From a virus (taxonomy: Duplodnaviria > Heunggongvirae > Uroviricota > Caudoviricetes), in IMG/VR virus record IMGVR_UViG_2541047777_000012: 38,285 bases of DNA; one strand, given 5' to 3'. Shown here one piece after another: positions 36,009 to 38,285 of this stretch; within the stretch, counting starts at the first letter, position 1, and each line of letters opens with the position of its first letter. A program made the position numbers and the translations under genes. Under the pieces are notes generated by a model that was not told the DNA's origin, made no database searches, and worked only from the letters and a program-made list of their open reading frames with translations.

Positions 36009-36027
36009 CTAATGGCTCCTAATGGCT
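36009..36027. promoter_or_regulatory. direct repeats (ctaatggct x2, 10-bp period) in the cox-C switch region; candidate C repressor operator
   Basis: Two exact 9-bp copies at 36009..36017 and 36019..36027 between the divergent cox and C genes. Confidence 0.4.
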
Positions 36028-36104
36028 AATTATTGCCTAAAAGGATAACTCCAGAAGCACAACATTTCACACTATCAGCAAGAAATTACGCAATCGGAGT
36101 AATT

Positions 36105-36404
36105 ATGTCAATAGACGTTTCGGAGAAGTTGAAGCTAATCCGTGAATCTGAAAGGTTAAACCGTAAAGAATTCAGTGAATTAACTGGTGTAGCCTACAGC
36201 TCACTTTCGAGCTATGAGAGCCGGTCAAAAAACGCTGGAGTTGAAGCCATAATGAAGGTCTTACAACATCCCAGATTTACTAAATATACTTTGTGGTTCA
36301 TGACTGATCAGGTAGCTCCAGAAGCCGGGCAAATTGCGCCCGCTCTCGCACACTTTGGGCAAAACGAAACAACGTCGCCCCACTCCGGTCAAAAGACTGG
36401 TTAA
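36105..36404 (+). CDS. C: immunity repressor C
   Basis: 99 aa from MSIDVSEKLKLIRESERLN...; C-terminal ...FTKYTLWFMTDQVAPEAGQIAPALAHFGQNETTSPHSGQKTG is P2 C-like, while the N-terminal DNA-binding half looks divergent. Confidence 0.85.
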   Translation: MSIDVSEKLKLIRESERLNRKEFSELTGVAYSSLSSYESRSKNAGVEAIMKVLQHPRFTKYTLWFMTDQVAPEAGQIAPALAHFGQNETTSPHSGQKTG

Positions 36405-36519
36405 CAATTTATCGTGAATATATTCATCACAAGTGCCTACTATTGGTGGCTAAATTTCAGCCACCACGAAAAAAGCGATTAGTAGTAGCAAAAAAAAGTA
36501 CCACTCGGAGGGTTTTCTG

Positions 36520-37533
36520 ATGGCAATCAAAAAACTCGATGATGGTCGATATGAAGTGGACATCCGCCCTACTGGACGTAACGGAAAACGCATCCGTAGG
36601 AAGTTTGATAAGAAAAGCGAAGCTGTCGCTTTCGAAAAATACACGTTGTACAACCACCACAATAAAGAATGGCTATCAAAACCAACAGACAAACGACGTC
36701 TGTCGGAACTGACACAGATCTGGTGGGATTTAAAGGGTAAACACGAAGAGCATGGGAAATCTAATCTTGGAAAAATTGAAATCTTCACAAAAATAACGAA
36801 TGACCCATGCGCATTTCAAATCACGAAATCCCTTATCAGCCAGTACTGCGCCACCCGAAGAAGTCAGGGTATTAAACCTTCGAGTATCAATCGTGATTTA
36901 ACATGTATTAGCGGCATGTTTACAGCCCTGATTGAAGCGGAGTTATTCTTTGGTGAGCACCCTATCAGAGGGACAAAGAGGCTTAAGGAGGAAAAACCAG
37001 AAACAGGCTATCTCACACAGGAAGAAATTGCCTTACTGCTTGCAGCACTTGACGGCGACAATAAAAAGATTGCGATTCTTTGCCTGAGTACAGGAGCACG
37101 TTGGGGAGAAGCAGCTCGTTTGAAAGCAGAAAATATCATCCATAACCGCGTCACGTTTGTTAAAACGAAAACAAACAAACCACGCACCGTCCCGATCTCA
37201 GAGGCTGTTGCCAAAATGATCGCGGATAACAAACGAGGTTTTTTATTCCCTGATGCTGATTACCCTCGCTTCAGACGAACAATGAAAGCAATAAAACCGG
37301 ATTTGCCAACGGGGCAAGCCACACATGCACTAAGGCACAGCTTTGCCACTCATTTCATGATTAATGGAGGAAGTATTATCACGCTACAACGGATACTAGG
37401 TCACACGCGGATTGAGCAAACTATGGTTTACGCTCATTTTGCGCCAGAGTACCTTCAGGACGCCATTTCTCTTAATCCGCTAAGAGGTGGTACTGAAGCC
37501 GAGAGTGTCCACACAGTGTCCACAGTAGAGTAA
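36520..37533 (+). CDS. int: tyrosine integrase
   Basis: 337 aa, P2 Int length; conserved HxLRHSFATH...Y catalytic region; adjacent to attR. Confidence 0.9.
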   Translation: MAIKKLDDGRYEVDIRPTGRNGKRIRRKFDKKSEAVAFEKYTLYNHHNKEWLSKPTDKRRLSELTQIWWDLKGKHEEHGKSNLGKIEIFTKITNDPCAFQITKSLISQYCATRRSQGIKPSSINRDLTCISGMFTALIEAELFFGEHPIRGTKRLKEEKPETGYLTQEEIALLLAALDGDNKKIAILCLSTGARWGEAARLKAENIIHNRVTFVKTKTNKPRTVPISEAVAKMIADNKRGFLFPDADYPRFRRTMKAIKPDLPTGQATHALRHSFATHFMINGGSIITLQRILGHTRIEQTMVYAHFAPEYLQDAISLNPLRGGTEAESVHTVSTVE

Positions 37534-37612
37534 CGTTTAAGGGCTTTCAGTGGTAATTTATGCCGCTCAAACCCGCATTGTACCGTTGAAAGCCCCTACT
37601 GGTGATACCCTA

Positions 37613-37639
37613 AATCTCCCTTACACGGGCTTATTTTTT
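37613..37639. repeat. attR core, 27-bp direct repeat of attL
   Basis: Exact copy of 5983..6009. Confidence 0.9.
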
Positions 37640-37967
37640 ATGCATAAGCCCTATCCCTGGTCACCGTCTTCCATTGACCACATCGATAGAATCCTCCTTC
37701 ATAGCACGATGCTTTTCACTTATCGACATCGTGCTCGCACAGGTTCCGGTTACGCACAGCCAGAACGCGCATGTTTGACGCTTACCAAAAAATGAACCTA
37801 AAGCATTGGAACATTTTTGACATCATTTTCTGATGGCTGCATAAAATAAAAATTCTGCTTTAGTTTCATCTATCTGTTTGTCATTATTACTCACATTCAA
37901 TAATGGTGTTGAAGAATATCCCATCACAGATAAAATAAATATGTGCATGGTAGTCTTGAATCTATTC

Positions 37968-38285
37968 TCACTCTCCACATTTGAATGTCAGACGAGCGAC
38001 GCCATGTAATCCTGCACCTTCTGTCTTCAGGTCAACTATCTGCATTTTTTTGCCCTGAGTAACACAGAAATGAACTGCATCATTTTTTACTATATTTTCT
38101 GCACCAGATATTCTACCCCTGGCTAAAGAAGCTTCGGCTTCGGTGTAGTATTGGTTATCGAGTTTACGCTGAATATTACTTTTATATGCAAGACCAAATT
38201 TACCGATACTTGTCTCATCATTATGTACAGCACACCCAGACATAAGAAAAACACTAATTAATGATATAGCAGCTATCTTTTTCAT
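37968..38285 (-). CDS. putative lipoprotein (105 aa), host gene flanking attR; possibly the yegR equivalent
   Basis: Signal peptide with lipobox (MKKIAAISLISVFLMSGC). The size matches what I recall for K-12 yegR, but I cannot confirm identity from memory. Confidence 0.6.
   Translation of the reverse strand: MKKIAAISLISVFLMSGCAVHNDETSIGKFGLAYKSNIQRKLDNQYYTEAEASLARGRISGAENIVKNDAVHFCVTQGKKMQIVDLKTEGAGLHGVARLTFKCGE

Larger units (their letters stand above)
5983..37639. mobile_element. complete P2-like prophage (Peduovirus-type), integrated into the 3' end of cyaR
   Basis: Flanked by the att core direct repeats; contains a full P2-order gene set from ogr to int with a cos site at 30669..30687. 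Confidence 0.9.

Noticed and set aside
37550-37795. 81-aa plus-strand ORF spanning attR, and a possible ogr remnant right of attR (as in the K-12 ogrK locus)
   Set aside because: The ORF crosses the att core and has no RBS. My translation of the minus strand right of attR (MRVLAVRNRNLCEHDVDK...) shows no Ogr-like zinc finger, so no ogr relic is supported.

Overview
The window is an Escherichia-type chromosomal segment in which a complete P2-like temperate myovirus prophage (about 31.7 kb, roughly 5983..37639) sits in the 3' end of the CyaR sRNA gene, downstream of yegQ/trhP. It is bounded by a 27-28 bp direct repeat matching the P2 att core (5983..6009 and 37613..37639). Gene order is P2-like throughout: ogr-D-U-T-E/E'-FII-FI, a cargo slot, G-H-I-J-W-V, a second cargo slot, S-R-lysCBA-K-Y-X-L-M-N-O, divergent P-Q, cos, a third (nearly empty) cargo slot, then A, four small orfs, B, orf78, cox, C and int. 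All calls rest on reading the six-frame translations against remembered P2 proteins and motifs; no database search or GC computation was run, and AT-richness is judged by eye. The most interesting content is in the cargo slots. Between S and V is a two-gene AT-rich cassette encoding a small three-helix membrane protein and a protein with clear class III nucleotidyl-cyclase motifs plus unexplained N- and C-terminal extensions; I consider this the best candidate for an undescribed cyclic-nucleotide-type antiphage or conflict system. The Z/fun position between FI and G holds one convergently oriented gene for a membrane-anchored 259-aa protein. The tin/old position after cos lacks tin and old and has only a 37-codon hydrophobic ORF with a strong Shine-Dalgarno. 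Left of yegQ is a separate AT-rich, translationally coupled three-gene operon of unknown function where I would expect yegP from the K-12 gene order.
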